Of a stretch of DNA of 64,000 nt, positions 1 to 12,653 are shown one piece after another. Positions within the stretch are counted from its first letter, which is position 1. Each line of letters opens with the position of its first letter. This DNA is from Mobula birostris. Its lineage: Eukaryota. Under the pieces are notes generated by a model. The model was not told the origin of the DNA and ran no database searches. It worked only from the letters and a program-made list of their open reading frames with translations. The translations under genes and the position numbers were made by a program. The stretch is taken from assembly GCF_030028105.1 (NCBI RefSeq), contig NC_092379.1, forward strand, positions 29,009,821 through 29,073,820, written 5' to 3'.

Positions 1-849
1 TAACTGAATCGATGCAATTATAGGACAATAATAAACACATTCCGTTCGCAATCAAGGTACATACACCAAAATACTCCATGTGGTGATTACATCGGATCCG
101 TTAAATCTGGTTGGGAAACCAGATTATACAAGTTATCACTCTGTTGTGATCCCATTTCCTCTCTTCCTTTCTCGCTCTTTCATTCTGAATATGACTTCAA
201 AATATGAGTCTTAGCGTAGTATGCGGTCGCCTATATGTATTTTAACCAAAAGTTAATTTCAACACTGAACCTCTTGCACACAGCACGGGAATACACCGAC
301 GAACATAGTATCTGCATCTCTATCACGCTAAACATCTGCAGGTTCTGTCGGATTATCTAAGCACTCCGTATAAACCATGGATAGCTGTTGTATCTTCCTT
401 AATTTCAGTGGGTTGTTAATTTCTGGGTTTCGTCAGCATGCCGCTTTCAATTCTTTGTCATTCTGGAAAACACAGTTTTGCCACCCTCTGTTTTCCATTG
501 ACCACTTTAAATATATTCCGGTGCCACTCTGTCCGTATTATTTTTCCTTGCAAACAAACGAACAAACTGGCCAAAGACAATGTCAGACAAGGCTGTCAAT
601 CGTTCTATACCCTTACAGGAAAAGAAGATGGGCGAATGCACATTGCGTTATTCAGGAAATGAATTGTAAATTTCCAGTTCGGTTGCGCCTTGCAATCAGA
701 AATTGTTCCTTTAGATTCGGTGCCTTGTGCTGCTGCTTACAGAGCTCTTAGGCATGGCACGTGACCATGGACGATTTCCGGGTGCGCCCCTTCCAGATTC
801 GCCGCGAACAGGCGCCCTCCTGTGAGAGCTTTGTGCATCATACAGGACT

Positions 850-888
850 AGTTTTTGTCCGGACCCGCCGTCTCCATACAACAATGTG
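850..888 (-). other. 23-RSS of V at 889-1308
   Basis: CACATTG + 23 nt (TTGTATGGAGACGGCGGGTCCGG) + ACAAAAACT. Confidence 0.9.
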
Positions 889-1308
889 GTACTCATTGCA
901 CAGAGATACCTGCCCGAGTCCGACACGAGAACTTCACTAATGTTCAATTGAGCCGTCTTGCTGACTCTCTGCAAACTAGCGGTAAACCGATTATTTCGAT
1001 GCATTCCTCCAGTGCTAGATACCTTCAGCAAATACTTTGGCGGTTCTCCACTATGTTGAATGTACCAAAAGCTATATGCAGCATCGTCAGTGTAATTACA
1101 GTTCAGTGTAATGTTCTGTCCTTCCTTGGCCGTTAAGTCGGGAGGATCCTGCGTTACTGAATCTTTCCCACTCGCTCCTGCAATAAAGGACAGAATACAT
1201 CAACAACGCCGGCTTGTATTGAACGCCGGGGAAATTCGCTGGCCATCTTCGCAGAAACTCACCAGGCAGCACAGCCAATGCGATCATTAATAAACAGAGG
1301 GAAATCAT
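889..1308 (-). CDS. TCR alpha/delta-like V segment, family A, intact (leader 1263-1308, V exon 889-1177)
   Basis: Leader MISLCLLMIALAVLPG with GTGAGT donor and TTGCAG acceptor. Open V exon ASGKDSVTQDPPDLTAKEGQNITLNCNYTDDAAYSFWYIQHSGEPPKYLL...SDSGRYLCAMS with both Cys and the Trp. Followed directly by a 23-RSS. Confidence 0.9.
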
Positions 1309-2629
1309 GGTGCCTAATTTCTGGCTGAATCCAACGGCAGATGCCTTCCAGGACGTGATTATCACTCAATAGATATTGGGGTGTGAGGCCTTTTCAGCGA
1401 TACCTTTCACCTTATGTAATAGCAGGAGCGTTTTCCTGGTTAAAGGACTTGGCTGACACGATAAACCGAGACTTTGTGAGCACCAATCAGAATCTGTTTT
1501 TCTCATACGTCATTCTGCCTGTTTCTCCGCTATTTCAATGCCCCGCGTTCCTCTCTCTCTCTCACTCTCTCGCTCGCTCGCTCTCTCTCTCTCTCGTTCT
1601 TTCTCTGTCTGCCCTACTGCCTTTGTTACCCGGTTATCTGCAGAATCGCAACATATTCAAACACTTATCAAAGTGTAATCATACTCAATTAGGCACTTTC
1701 CACATGGTCGTTTCTTCGACATCGACAGTATCCCGCTAGAAGTAGCTCATTTATTTATTTGTTTGTTTAGTTAGTTATTCGGTGATATATCCCACAATAA
1801 TCCCTTAGTTCAACATTTTTCAATCTTCCGGCATTGAACTAGTTATTCAATGCCAGCAAGTGTTCATCTAGTTTTCGTTTGCTGTTGCGGAGCCAATCTG
1901 CTATCCACGCCAATAGACTCCTGAAAGCACACTTTGCGTCGCCAGCGCTCTCTTCGTTCAAAAAAAAATAGTCACATTTGCATGCCCCTTGTAATTATTT
2001 CCAATCGCATTAAATTATCGTAACCTCGCATTAGCCATTTCCACACTTATGTCAAAGCGCTGATTGTCCTCTCTATCTATGCCTCTGGACATATTATACA
2101 CAGTTATTAAGTTACCCCTCATCTTCTTCCTCTACAGAAAGAAAGGACCTTGTTCGCAGAAACTGAGGTGACCGGTGGAAGAAACAGGCATTTGCGATGT
2201 GTAACTGAAGTTGAGCATTACGATTCCTCTTCCTTTAATTGTTGATGCAGAGAGCCAGATCTTTCCCACACGCTTTCATAGAAGAAGGATGAAATAACTG
2301 AACATCAAGTGCTCTCATTGCACCTGCGAAACACCCACTGACTACTTAGGAAAAGAATCGCCAGGCAGCTTAGACGATATAATCAGTAAGGGTCAAGGAC
2401 GCACATGGCGTCTGCTCTCACGCACGTTCTTAAGCAGATAACAAGAAGCTGATACCACAGATTTGCGAGAATTATGTCAGATACACTACACCCTTCACTT
2501 CGTGGAAAACCTCCTTAATTTGTTCTTCTAACTGGAAGTTCAACCTTGGAAGTCAGAGCTGAGCCTATTTAACCACCGACATGCATGTTACTAATACACT
2601 CTCTGTTTATTTATCAGTCACTCACTTTC

Positions 2630-3335
2630 ATTCAGGTGCCTTGCCGTTCGGCGTTGGCGATCATGTCTCTCCTTCCATCACAGTCCCTGACCTCCAAATT
2701 GTAATTTTTGCCTGCCCTGTTTCTAACCATGATGTTATTCCATCTATCATTTTCATTCTCTGTCTCGCCCTGCTTCTCTTTCTTCCAGTTTTCCAGTTGT
2801 AACTAAATGATCTAATGTCTATCTTCGGATGATGTGTCCAAAGAATTTTGATTGATGTTTTCTGATTTTTAAGTAATGTATGTTTTCTTTTCGTTCTCTG
2901 TAGAGCTTCTTCGTTGGTAAATCCGTCCGTATATGATATGCATAGCATTTTTCTGAGGAACCACATCTCTGCTGCAATGATTCTATCTCCAATTGCATTT
3001 GTGATGGTCCATGACTCGCTACCATACACCAATATAGGGCGAATTTAGTAACTAAGAGTTGTAAGACGGATGTCAGTTGCTGTTTTCTTGTTCGTTAGAA
3101 TGTTTCTGATTTCTCTAAATGCTGTTCTTGCCATTGCTATTCTTGCTTTTATGTCTGTTTCGCATTTGCCATCAGATGTTACCCATGATCGAAGGTACTA
3201 GAAGTAGTGAACATGTTTCAGGATTTCATTTCCCAATAGGATCCTACAGTTTGGGATATCAGGTTTATTTGATATTACCATTACTTCGGCTTTCTTTTTG
3301 TTTAAGGTTCGTCCAAGTCTTTCGCTGTCTGTGTT
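2630..3335 (-). mobile_element. RTE-clade LINE, 3' fragment, disabled
   Basis: Minus strand translates, with stops, to LNKKKAEVMVISNK...YLRSWVTSDGKCETDIKARIAMARTAF...YGSESWT...AAEMWFLRKMLCISYTD, the typical RTE RT C-terminus. Absent from the paralogous blocks. Confidence 0.8.
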
Positions 3336-4027
3336 GAAGGTAGATCATTCACTCTAACTATATTCTGTTTGTCAATCTCACTTTTCCCTTTTTCGTTCTA
3401 CTTTAATAAACACTTCATTTCTTGCAACGAATCTCGGTCTTTGTTCCCTATTCTGTTACTGTCCTATATTTCCGTCGCTATGTCAGTCAATGTCTCCCAG
3501 TCTGCCTCTGTATTCCAATTTTACTAAATCATCAATGTACAAACGTAACTTAAAACTTGTTGAGGGAACTTCCTTTCAACCAACGCCAGTCCATTCGGTA
3601 TTAATTTGCAATTCGTAAAATAAACATCCATTTATCTGAAATTTTAGGACGCTAATGTCAACAGACACAACCTGCAATTTATTTTCATCACAAGCATTCG
3701 GTGTGACAGCATGTCGAATGCTATCTAGTTATATACACCCTCAGTATCTCTAGACTGCAATCATCTTCACTGTTAATACCTCGAGGTAGTGAAAAATGAA
3801 GTCTAGCAAAAAATTAACCACAAGATATTCTTGGAGGCAACAGAGCGACATGGATACCGCAATATAGTAGAAATACTTCGGAAAGCCGCCACAATTTCCC
3901 TAGGTAAATCTAAATTCAAGAAGTGTTCCACAAGTTGGGTCACATTTTGTTGCTGAATGCGGCATTTCAAATCGACCGCGTGATTTTCATGCTTTCTGCG
4001 TACAGCTGTTCCAGTTCCGCGGCAAAA

Positions 4028-4042
4028 GGCGCCCTCTAGTGA
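4028..4042 (-). promoter_or_regulatory. CTCF-consensus motif downstream of the V RSS
   Basis: TCACTAGAGGGCGCC, 13/14 match to CCASYAGRKGGCRS. Binding is inferred, not shown. Confidence 0.6.
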
Positions 4043-4093
4043 CTACGCAACGCTGGACTTTTTACAGACCCGCTGTTTCCCTACAACACTGAG

Positions 4094-4519
4094 GGGTCCT
4101 TTATACAGAGGTACTGTATACACTTGAGTCCTGGACAAGAATTCCAGAGATACTTGAATGAGCTGACCCTGCCTCTGTGCATTACAACTGTAAACCTCGC
4201 CCGACATTCCGAGGCTGCTGCAGTTTTACTCAGCGATATAGCTACAGCAGTCTTTAGGACATACTCTGCGATGCTGAGTGTATCAAATATGTTTGTCTTA
4301 GTTCGTGTGCAACTGCATTTCAGTGTTATCGTCTGACTTCCGTCAGCCGATAATTCAGGAGCATCCTGATCACAGAATTGTACTTTCTCGTTCCTGCAAT
4401 AAAGGACAGAATGGAGTGACTTCCCTGACTTGCACCGAACTACGCTCTCACTGGTCATGTGTGCAGTATTTTAGCTGTCCGGATGGCGAATGAAACCTGT
4501 AAGAAACGGAGGGACACAT
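4094..4519 (-). pseudogene. V pseudogene, family B
   Basis: Frameshifted leader (ATG 4517-4519) with donor mutated to CT. Acceptor at 4394. V-like DAPELSADGSQTITLKC with frameshifts and lost Trp. Degenerate RSS (CTCAGTG). Confidence 0.8.
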
Positions 4520-4728
4520 ATTCACACGCTTCAGCCCCGATAGGATCACAAATCACTTACAAGAATTTATCAACATGACAGATAATGGAGAGTAAAACGT
4601 ATCAGAAGTAGAGAGAATGGTGCAATGCCCAACGATTGCAAGATTAAACCAGAACAAAGGCTATATGAGAACTAGTCAGAACAGAATCCAGTTACGTTGA
4701 AAGCCCCATTTGGCCTTTTCACACGCTA

Positions 4729-4732
<4 letters not shown>

Positions 4733-4794
<62 letters not shown>

Positions 4795-4830
4795 ACTCTC
4801 TCTCTCACCTCTCTCACTTCCTCTCTCTCT
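4733..4830. repeat. (CT)n microsatellite
   Basis: Pure TC dinucleotide run of about 55 nt, then an interrupted run. Confidence 0.95.
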
Positions 4831-5319
4831 CTTCCCCACTTTCCTTCACTTTCCTCTCCCCTCTCCCCACTCTGCCTCCGGCCATCTATTTATTTATTTA
4901 GCTTTCTCTCTTTATCTCCGTCTCTCCTTCTCACTCTCTTGTTCTCTCCCTGCCTACTCCTCTCTCTCTTGTTCTCACTCCGGATATTGATTTATATTTT
5001 GGTATTTATCAACATGGTTGAACGCTCTAATAACTCACTCTCGCTTTCTTTGCCATTCTGCCCCTGCTCTATCCTTTTTCACACCATGTCACTCCATGCT
5101 AACCAGCGTTATCTGCGACAATTCCGACGAGTCATGCGCAGAATTATGACTTTCCACTGTTGCTGTTATCTAACTTATTATTAGCTTTTTAAGTTATTGA
5201 CAGAAAACCATTCAATCTTCCAGAACCCCGTTGGAAATTTCTTGTCAATAGCACATCAAATATCTATTCCCATAGACGAGCTGGGATTAGATGTTTAACG
5301 GACGAGGAAGGCTCCGCCT

Positions 5320-5782
5320 AGAGCAGGCAGACATTGCGAACATTGAGGTGTCCAGATCCTGTATCGCCGTGGAATGTTGATGCTGAACTGCGCAAAGCTA
5401 TTCAGTGGATTCCGGCACGATTCCCCCGAACTTATTTAAGCGGAACATCTTTTCCCAGAGACCCGGAATATTACTGGATTGTCTTCACGTAGAACAATAT
5501 TCCTGTCATGAATATTTTCATCGGTTTTCCAGAATATTGCGCGCGCGACAAATAGGTTCTGCCAGATTCCAAGTAACTGCATCTAATTGACAAGGTTTGC
5601 CCTTCCACGGTCATTATATCTCTCTTTCTGAGGTTCACAAAATCTACCTCACTCGTCCCTGTATCAAACCCCGAAGGTGTGAGGGGCGCCTAAACGCAGT
5701 GACCTTGGAGCGAACGCTCTGACGGCTTCGCCGGATTCACCAAACAGAGTAGTAAGTACAAAGAACATCGCAGTGGGAACAT
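5320..5782 (-). pseudogene. Decayed V pseudogene, family D
   Basis: Leader-like exon 5741-5782 with GTGAAT donor and acceptor at 5659. Exon reads GTSEVDFVNLRKRDIMTVEGQTLSIRCSY...QYSGKP, with stops and the Trp lost. Homologous to the plus-strand copy at 16250-16735. Confidence 0.7.
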
Positions 5783-6322
5783 GGTAATTTGAATAAAATA
5801 AACAGAGGAAGATTTGAAGACGGTACTCAAATAAAACAGAAGTTACTCAAGTAAGTACAACAAGCGGCTTTCCGGGAGACTCGGCGCTTTCGTTTCGATG
5901 TATATTCGTCTCACCTCTCTCTTCCTGTGTTCCTATGAGAGAGTTTACTGCCGATTGCTGTCAGGGATATTGGAATTAAAAGAATGCTTGACTGTAACAT
6001 CGAAACAGCGACTGCTGTCTCCTCTCTCGCTTTCGAACAAGCCATATCAGACTCTCCCTGGTTAGTGTGAGAGACAGAACGCCTGTGGGGCAAAGAAATG
6101 ATGCAGTAAACAGCTATTTTTTCCTGTACTGCAGGCCAAGCCTCTCCTTGTACTTTTGCGGTGACTTCGACGGTGGTTGGTGGTGGAAATGCTAATGCTT
6201 TATATTACAATGAGTGAGAGAAGTAGAAGCTGGTTAGGTTAATGCAGCTGGCCGCTGATTTTGCGAGAGATGTGGCAGTGGGCGTTCAGATTCTTACCTT
6301 CTTTTCTGACATAGATGCTTTG

Positions 6323-6790
6323 GGTTTTTGTTCTGTATTAAAGATATCTGTGGAGACTATACATTTCAGGTTTTGTATTGTGTCCATTCTTCGATTTTAA
6401 ACGTAACCGAAAAGCATGCTGGGCATTCTTTTCGCAGTACTCTGGTATATCTGACAACAGCAAAATATATGATAAACCAGTATGGGGTAACTGTAAGCGT
6501 CAGCAAAGTGAAGGAGTACATCAGTCCGTCTTTCATTAGTTCATAAAATATCGGTTGAGCGGGGAAGTGGCGGTAGTTGTGTACTGCAGAGTGCCTATAG
6601 TGGCACCTTGGTGATATCTGGTGTTATTTCACCATGGATCCGGTTGGATTCTGAAAATTTCGATGCTGTCAGCAAATATTTCTGTGCTCGGTTTCCACAT
6701 TTTGCACGTTACCAAATATTACACTGCCCGCAGAAGACTTTCCGGGTAGCATGTGCCCGTGATCGGAGGATCACTGAGTGTGTACGTTAA
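6323..6790 (-). pseudogene. Highly decayed V relics (one or two segments) with a shortened RSS
   Basis: Fragments NIW*...QKYLLTA and KECPACFSV align to family FR2/FR3. Ends in CACAGAT + 14 nt + ACAAAAACC. Paralog at about 49700-50170. Confidence 0.45.
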
Positions 6791-8124
6791 GAGGAATGTG
6801 CGACAATTGGGCCGATAAATCAGTTGACCATAAGACCATAAGTATCAAAGAACTGAATTAGTCCACTTGACCTATCGAGTCTGCTCCACCATTTCAGATG
6901 AGACAGTGTGGCAATAGAACTTTTCGGCACCATAAACATATAATTAATATAATTGGTTCAAAAATAGTCGAAATAGACCTTTGGAAACAGAAGCTATCAC
7001 TGTGTGCTCCCTCGATAGTAACCGGACGTTCCCTCTCTTTGTCTCTTCGATGGTGAGCTGATTCAAAGTTCCAAAAGAAGCAATAGATTATTTCCTTTGC
7101 AAGTGTATTAAACGGCAGGATGAAACTGAATCTCAATCCCATCCACCTCTGTATGACCTTGCTCTTTAGTTCCTGCCTGCGCTGCATTTTTATACGGCCC
7201 TTACAATTGATTTTTGCATTATTTTATTGTTTAACTTTGTACTACCTCCATAAGGGGTGTATTGAATTCATCTGTAAAAACAGAATCAAGGCGATCATGT
7301 GACAGTAATAAATAAATTCCTATCCAATTTGCATATGTAGAGAACTTCACGTGGCGGTAACATTAGATCACTTAAGTCTGGTTGGGAAACCAGATTATAT
7401 AAGCAATCACCCTGTTATGATCCCATTCCCTCTCTCCTCCCTCGCTCTCTTTTAGACTGCAAATGCCTTCAAAAATATGAATCTCGGAGTCGTATGCGAT
7501 CACGTACATGTAGTTTAATCATAAATTCACTTTAAGTATTGAACCTCTTTCTCACAGCAACGACCAAAATAGTATCTGCATTCTCTATCACGCTAAGCAT
7601 CCGCAGGCTGTGTCGCATCATCTGAATTCTCAAAATACACAATAAGTAGTTTTTTTTTCCAACATCCTGACTTTCATTAGCGTGCCACTTGTAATTCCTT
7701 ATCAATCTGAAAACCACAAACTTGCACACCATCTATTCTCCTTAAGTCAGTCATTGTGTCATTTAAATATATCCCGAATCCACTCCGTTCTCATTATTTC
7801 TCACTGCAGACACTCAAACAAAGGGCCATAAGACAATGTCAGGCAAGGGTCTCAATGGGGATATGCCGTTGCAGCAACAGAGCGTAGGTGAATGCACATT
7901 CCGATATCCCGGAAAGTTGTGTAATTCCAGTTTGGGTCCGCGTTGTAATCAGCAACAGTTCCTTTAGATTCGGCGTCTTGTGCTCTTAGGTAGGATACGT
8001 GACCATGGCTGATGGGGCACCCCTTCGAGTTTCGTCGCAAAAGGACGCCTTCCAGTGAAAGCTTTTAGCATTATACAGGACCCACTTTTTGTTTGGAGAT
8101 CCGCCGTCACCGTACAACAGTGTG

Positions 8125-8555
8125 CTGTTCATTGCACAGAGGTACATGCCAGAGTCTGACACAAGACTTCACTGATATTCTATGGAGCCGTCTTGCTGGC
8201 TTTCTGCAAACTAGCGGTAAACCTCACTGGGCAATCTTGACGGCACTCCATTCCTCTTGTGTTATATAACGTCAGCAAATAATTTGGACGTTTTCCGCTA
8301 TGTTGAATGTACCAAAAGATATCTGCACTAGCATAAGTGCAATTACAGTTAAGAGTTATGTTCTGTCCTTCCTCGGCCGTTAGGTCGGGAGGATCCTGCG
8401 TCACTGAATCATTTCCGCTTACTCCTGCAAAAAAGGGCAGAATACATCGACATCACTGGCTTGTATTGAACGCCGGGGAAATTCGCTGGCCAGCTTCGCA
8501 GAGATTCACCAGGCAGCACAGCCAATCCAATCAGTAATAAACAAATGGAAATCAT
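8125..8555 (-). pseudogene. V pseudogene, family A
   Basis: Intact leader 8510-8555 (MISICLLLIGLAVLPG) and V exon from 8424. In-frame TAG at 8180-8182 plus a 1-nt deletion before the DSG motif. RSS CACACTG + 25 nt + ACAAAAAGT. Confidence 0.9.
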
Positions 8556-8790
8556 GGTGTCTAATTTCTTGCTGAAGCGATCGGAGATTCCTTCCAGGAT
8601 GTAATTATTACTTAATAGATACTGTGGTGTGAGATTGTTTCATTAATACCTTTCACCTATTGTAAAAGCAGGGGCGGTTCCCTGGTTAAAGGATTTGCTG
8701 ACACAATGAACCGAGCCTTTTTGAGCACAAACCAGCATTTGCTTTGTTCCGATTCGACATTCTGCCTGTTTCTTCGCTCTCTCAACGTCC

Positions 8791-8840
<50 letters not shown>

Positions 8841-9990
8841 CATGCTCTGCTTCCTCGGTTTCCCAGTTCTCTGCATGTTCACTACACATATTATCACTGT
8901 GTAATCCATCACAAGACTTTTCACGTTGTCGCTTCTTCAACATCAGCTAAATCTCGCTGGAAGTAGTTGATGCATTTATTTATTCGTTTTTTCAGTTAGT
9001 TATTTGAAGACCCTTAAATAGGCCCTTAAGACAATATGTTTCAGTCTGCCGGCAGTGAACTAGTTTTTTTTCAAATGTCAGCAAGCTTTATTCGCTAAGG
9101 TTTGTATTCTGTTAGAGAGGCATCTCCTATCCACGCCAATAGACTCCTGACAGCACACTCTGTGTAGCCAAAACATTCTTCGTTAAAAAAAACTCACTTC
9201 TGGCATTCCCATTGTAATTGTTTCCAGTCGTGTTAAAATGTCGTCCTCTTGCATAAGCCATTTCCACCCTTAGATCAAGGTGTGAGTTGTCCACTTTATC
9301 TATGTCTCCTATCATAACATACACAGCTACCCCTCATCTTCTAAAGATTCAAAAAGAAAGGTCTTTGGTCTCAGAAACTGAAATGCCCCGTGGAATATAA
9401 AAGTGCTTTCAAATGTCTAACAGTAGTTCAGCATTACCACTTGTTCTATCTTAATTGTCGATGCAGAGAGATAAATCTCTCCCCTACGAGACAACCACTA
9501 TTTGTGCAAAGATTGGCCGGGAAGCATAGTCAGTAAGGATCAAAGAAGCACATGGTGTCTGATTTCAGGCACGATCTAATGCCAGATTGCATCCTATATG
9601 CTAATACCACAGATTTGTGAGAATGATCAGATACGCTGCACCCTTCAATTCGTTTAAAACCTGCGTGAATTGCTCTGCTAAATGGGACCCGAACCATGGA
9701 AGTCAGAGCTGAGTCCATTTAGCCATCGATCTGAATGGAACTACAACGTTCTCCGTTTCTTAAACTTTCACTCTAATTTTATTCTATTTGTCGCGCTCAC
9801 CACTTCCCTCCTTCGTTCACTTTGAATGACACTTCATTTCTAGGAATGCATCTCCTTCTCTCATCCTTCTTTCGATACTCTCCTATATTTCCGTCGCTGA
9901 GTCTCTCAATCTGCCACTGCATTCCGATCTAGTCGATCTTTGTTGACCTCAAGCCCCTACCGCCCATCTCTCTCTCCACAAGATATTGTG

Positions 9991-11732
9991 GTAAGACCGA
10001 TTAGAGATGAAGGTGTGAAGATGTGCCTGGAGACTGTGGAAGTGAGCGAGGTCCTCAATGAATACTTCTCTTCGGTATTCACCAATGAAAGGGAACTTGA
10101 TGATGGTGAGGACAATATGAGTGAGGTTGATGTTCTGGAGCATGTTGATATTAAGGTAGAGAAGATGTTGGAGTTGTTAAAATACATTAGGACTGATAAG
10201 TCCCCGGGGCCTGAAGGAATATTTTTCCCAGGCTGCTCCACGAGGCGAGGGAAGAGATTGCTGAGCCTCTGGCTAGGATCTTAATGTCCTCGTTGTCCAC
10301 GGGAATGGTACCAGAGGATTGGATGGAGGCGAATGTTGTCCCCTTGTTCAAAAAAGGTAGTAGGGATAGTCCGGGTAATTATAGACCAGTGAGCCTTACG
10401 TCTGTGGTGGGAAAGCTGTTGGGAAAGATTCTTAGAGATAGGATCTATAGGCATTTAGAGAATCATGTTCAGATCAGGGAGAGTCAGCATGGCTTTGTGA
10501 AGGGCAGATCGTGTCTAACAAGCCTGATAGAGTTCTTTGAGGAGGTAACCAGGCATATAGATGAGGGTAGTGCAGTCGATATGATCTATATGGATTTTAG
10601 TAAGGCATTTAACAAGGTTCAACACGATAGGCTTATTCAGAAAGTCAGAAGGCATGGGATCTAGAGACGTTTGTCCAGGTGGATTCAGAATTGGCTTGTC
10701 TGCAGAAGGCAGAGGGTCGTGGTGTAGGGAGTACATTCAGATTGGAGGATGTTGACTAGTGGGTTCGAACAAGGATCTGTTCTGGAACCTCAACTTTTCG
10801 TGATTTTTATTAACGACCTGGATGTGGGGGTAGAAGGGTGGGTTGGCAATTTTGCAGACGACAGAAAGGTTGGTGGTGTTGTAGATAGTGTAGAGAATTG
10901 TCAAAGATTGCAGAGAGACATTGATAGGATGCAGAAGTGGCAGATGGAGTTCAACCCGGAGAAGGGTGAGGTGGTACACTTTGGAAGGAAAAACCCCAAG
11001 ACAGAGTACAAAGTAAATGGCAGGAGACTTGGTAGTGTGGAGGACCAGAGGGATCTCGGGGTACATGTCCACGGATCCCTGAAAGTTGCCTCACAGGTGG
11101 ATAGGGTAGTTAAGAAAGCTTATGGGGTGTTAACTTTCATAAGTCGAGGGATAGAGTTTAAGAGTCGCGATGTAATGATGCAGCTCTATAAAACTCTGGT
11201 TAGGCCACACTTGGTGTACTGTGTCCAGTTCTAGTCACCTCACTATAAGAAGGATGTGGAAGCATTGGAAAGGGTACAGTTAGATTTACCAGGATGCTGC
11301 CTGGTTTAGAGAGTATGCATTATGATCAGAGATTAAGGGAGCTGGGGCTTTACTCTTTGGAGAGAAGGAGGATGAGAGTAGACATGATAGAGTTGTACAA
11401 GATAATAAGAGGAATAGATAGCGTAGATAGCCAGCGCCTCTTCCCCAGGGCACCACTGCTCAATACAAGAGGACATGGCTTTAAGGTAAGGGATGGGAAG
11501 TTCAAGGGGGATATTAGAGGAAGGTGTTTCACTCAGAGAGTGGTTGGTGCGTGGAATGCACTGCCTGAGTCAGTGGTGGAGGCAGATACACTAGTGAAGT
11601 TTAGGAGACTACTAGACAGGTATATGCAGGAATTTAAAGAGGGGGCTTATATGGGAGGCAGGGTTTGAGGGTCGGCACAACATTGTGGGCCGAAGGGCCT
11701 GTACTGTGCTGTACTATTCTGTGGTCTATGTT
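9991..11732 (+). mobile_element. CR1 LINE, 5'-truncated ORF2 (RT) plus 3' UTR, disabled
   Basis: ORF pieces contain NYRPVSLTSVVGKLL, QHGFVKGRSCLT, YMDFSKAF, QGSVL, FADD and the CR1 C-terminus. Flanked by a 15-bp direct repeat. Confidence 0.92.
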
Positions 11733-11948
11733 GACAACCACAAGATATTGTGATAGGCAACAGAGTGACACCTAGACACCGAGATATAGTGGAAATGCTT
11801 CGGAAAGCTTCTGCAATATCCTTAGTTAAACCGGAATTCAAGAAGTGTTCCTCAATGTTGTGCGCATTTTGGTGCTCAATGCAGCGTTTTAAGTTGATCA
11901 CGTGATCTTTATACTTTGTGCGTCTCGCTGTACCGGTTTCCCAGCAAA

Positions 11949-11963
11949 GGCGCCCTCTGGTGA
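11949..11963 (-). promoter_or_regulatory. CTCF-consensus motif (belongs to the V pseudogene at 12654-13058, displaced by a Penelope insertion)
   Basis: TCACCAGAGGGCGCC, 13/14 match to the consensus. Confidence 0.6.
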
Positions 11964-11979
11964 TCGCTCAAGCCTGGAC

Positions 11980-12605
11980 TCGGAACACGCTGGAGAAACT
12001 TAGCAGGTCGGGCAGCAACTGTGAAAAGATCGGTCGACTTTTTCGGCCGGAACCCTTCGTAAGGACTGTAGATAGAAGGGGCAGAGGCCTTATAAATAAG
12101 GTGGGGGGAGAGTGGGAAGGAGAAGGCTGGTAGGTTCCAGGTGAAAACCAGTAAGGGGAAAACTATGGGGTGGGGGAGAGGAAGCAAGGAGATAATAGGC
12201 AGGAAAGGTGAAGAAAGAATAGGGGAAAACACCATGGGTAGTAGAAGGAGGCGGATCCATGAGGGACGTGATAGGCAGCTGGGTTGAGGGGGCAGAGTGA
12301 CATAGGGATAGGGGAAGGGAGGGGGAGAGAATTACCGGAAGTTGGAGAATTCTATGTTCATACCAAGGGGCTGGAGACTACCTAGAAGGCATATGAGGTG
12401 TTGCTCCTCCAACCTGAATTTAGCCAGATGAGGCTAAACTCAGGTTGAAGGAGCAACACCTCACATACCGTTTAGGTAGTCTCCAGCCCCTTGGTCCGAA
12501 ACGTCGACCGATCTTTTCCACGGATGCTGCCCGACCTGCTGAGATCCTCCAGCGTGTTGTGAGTGTTGCTTTGACCGTAGCATTTGCAGATTATTTTGTG
12601 TGTAC
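11980..12605. mobile_element. Penelope-like element 3' end in fold-back (inverted) configuration
   Basis: Minus arm encodes RLEEQHLICLLGSLQPLGMNIEFSNFR* (PLE GIY-YIG ORF terminus), then the UTR and a degenerate hammerhead. Plus arm repeats the ORF end and the terminus. Hairpin at the inversion centre 12411-12446. Confidence 0.75.
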
Positions 12606-12653
12606 GCAAACCTGGAGTTTGTCCGGACCTAAAGTCTCCCTGCTAATCCTGAA

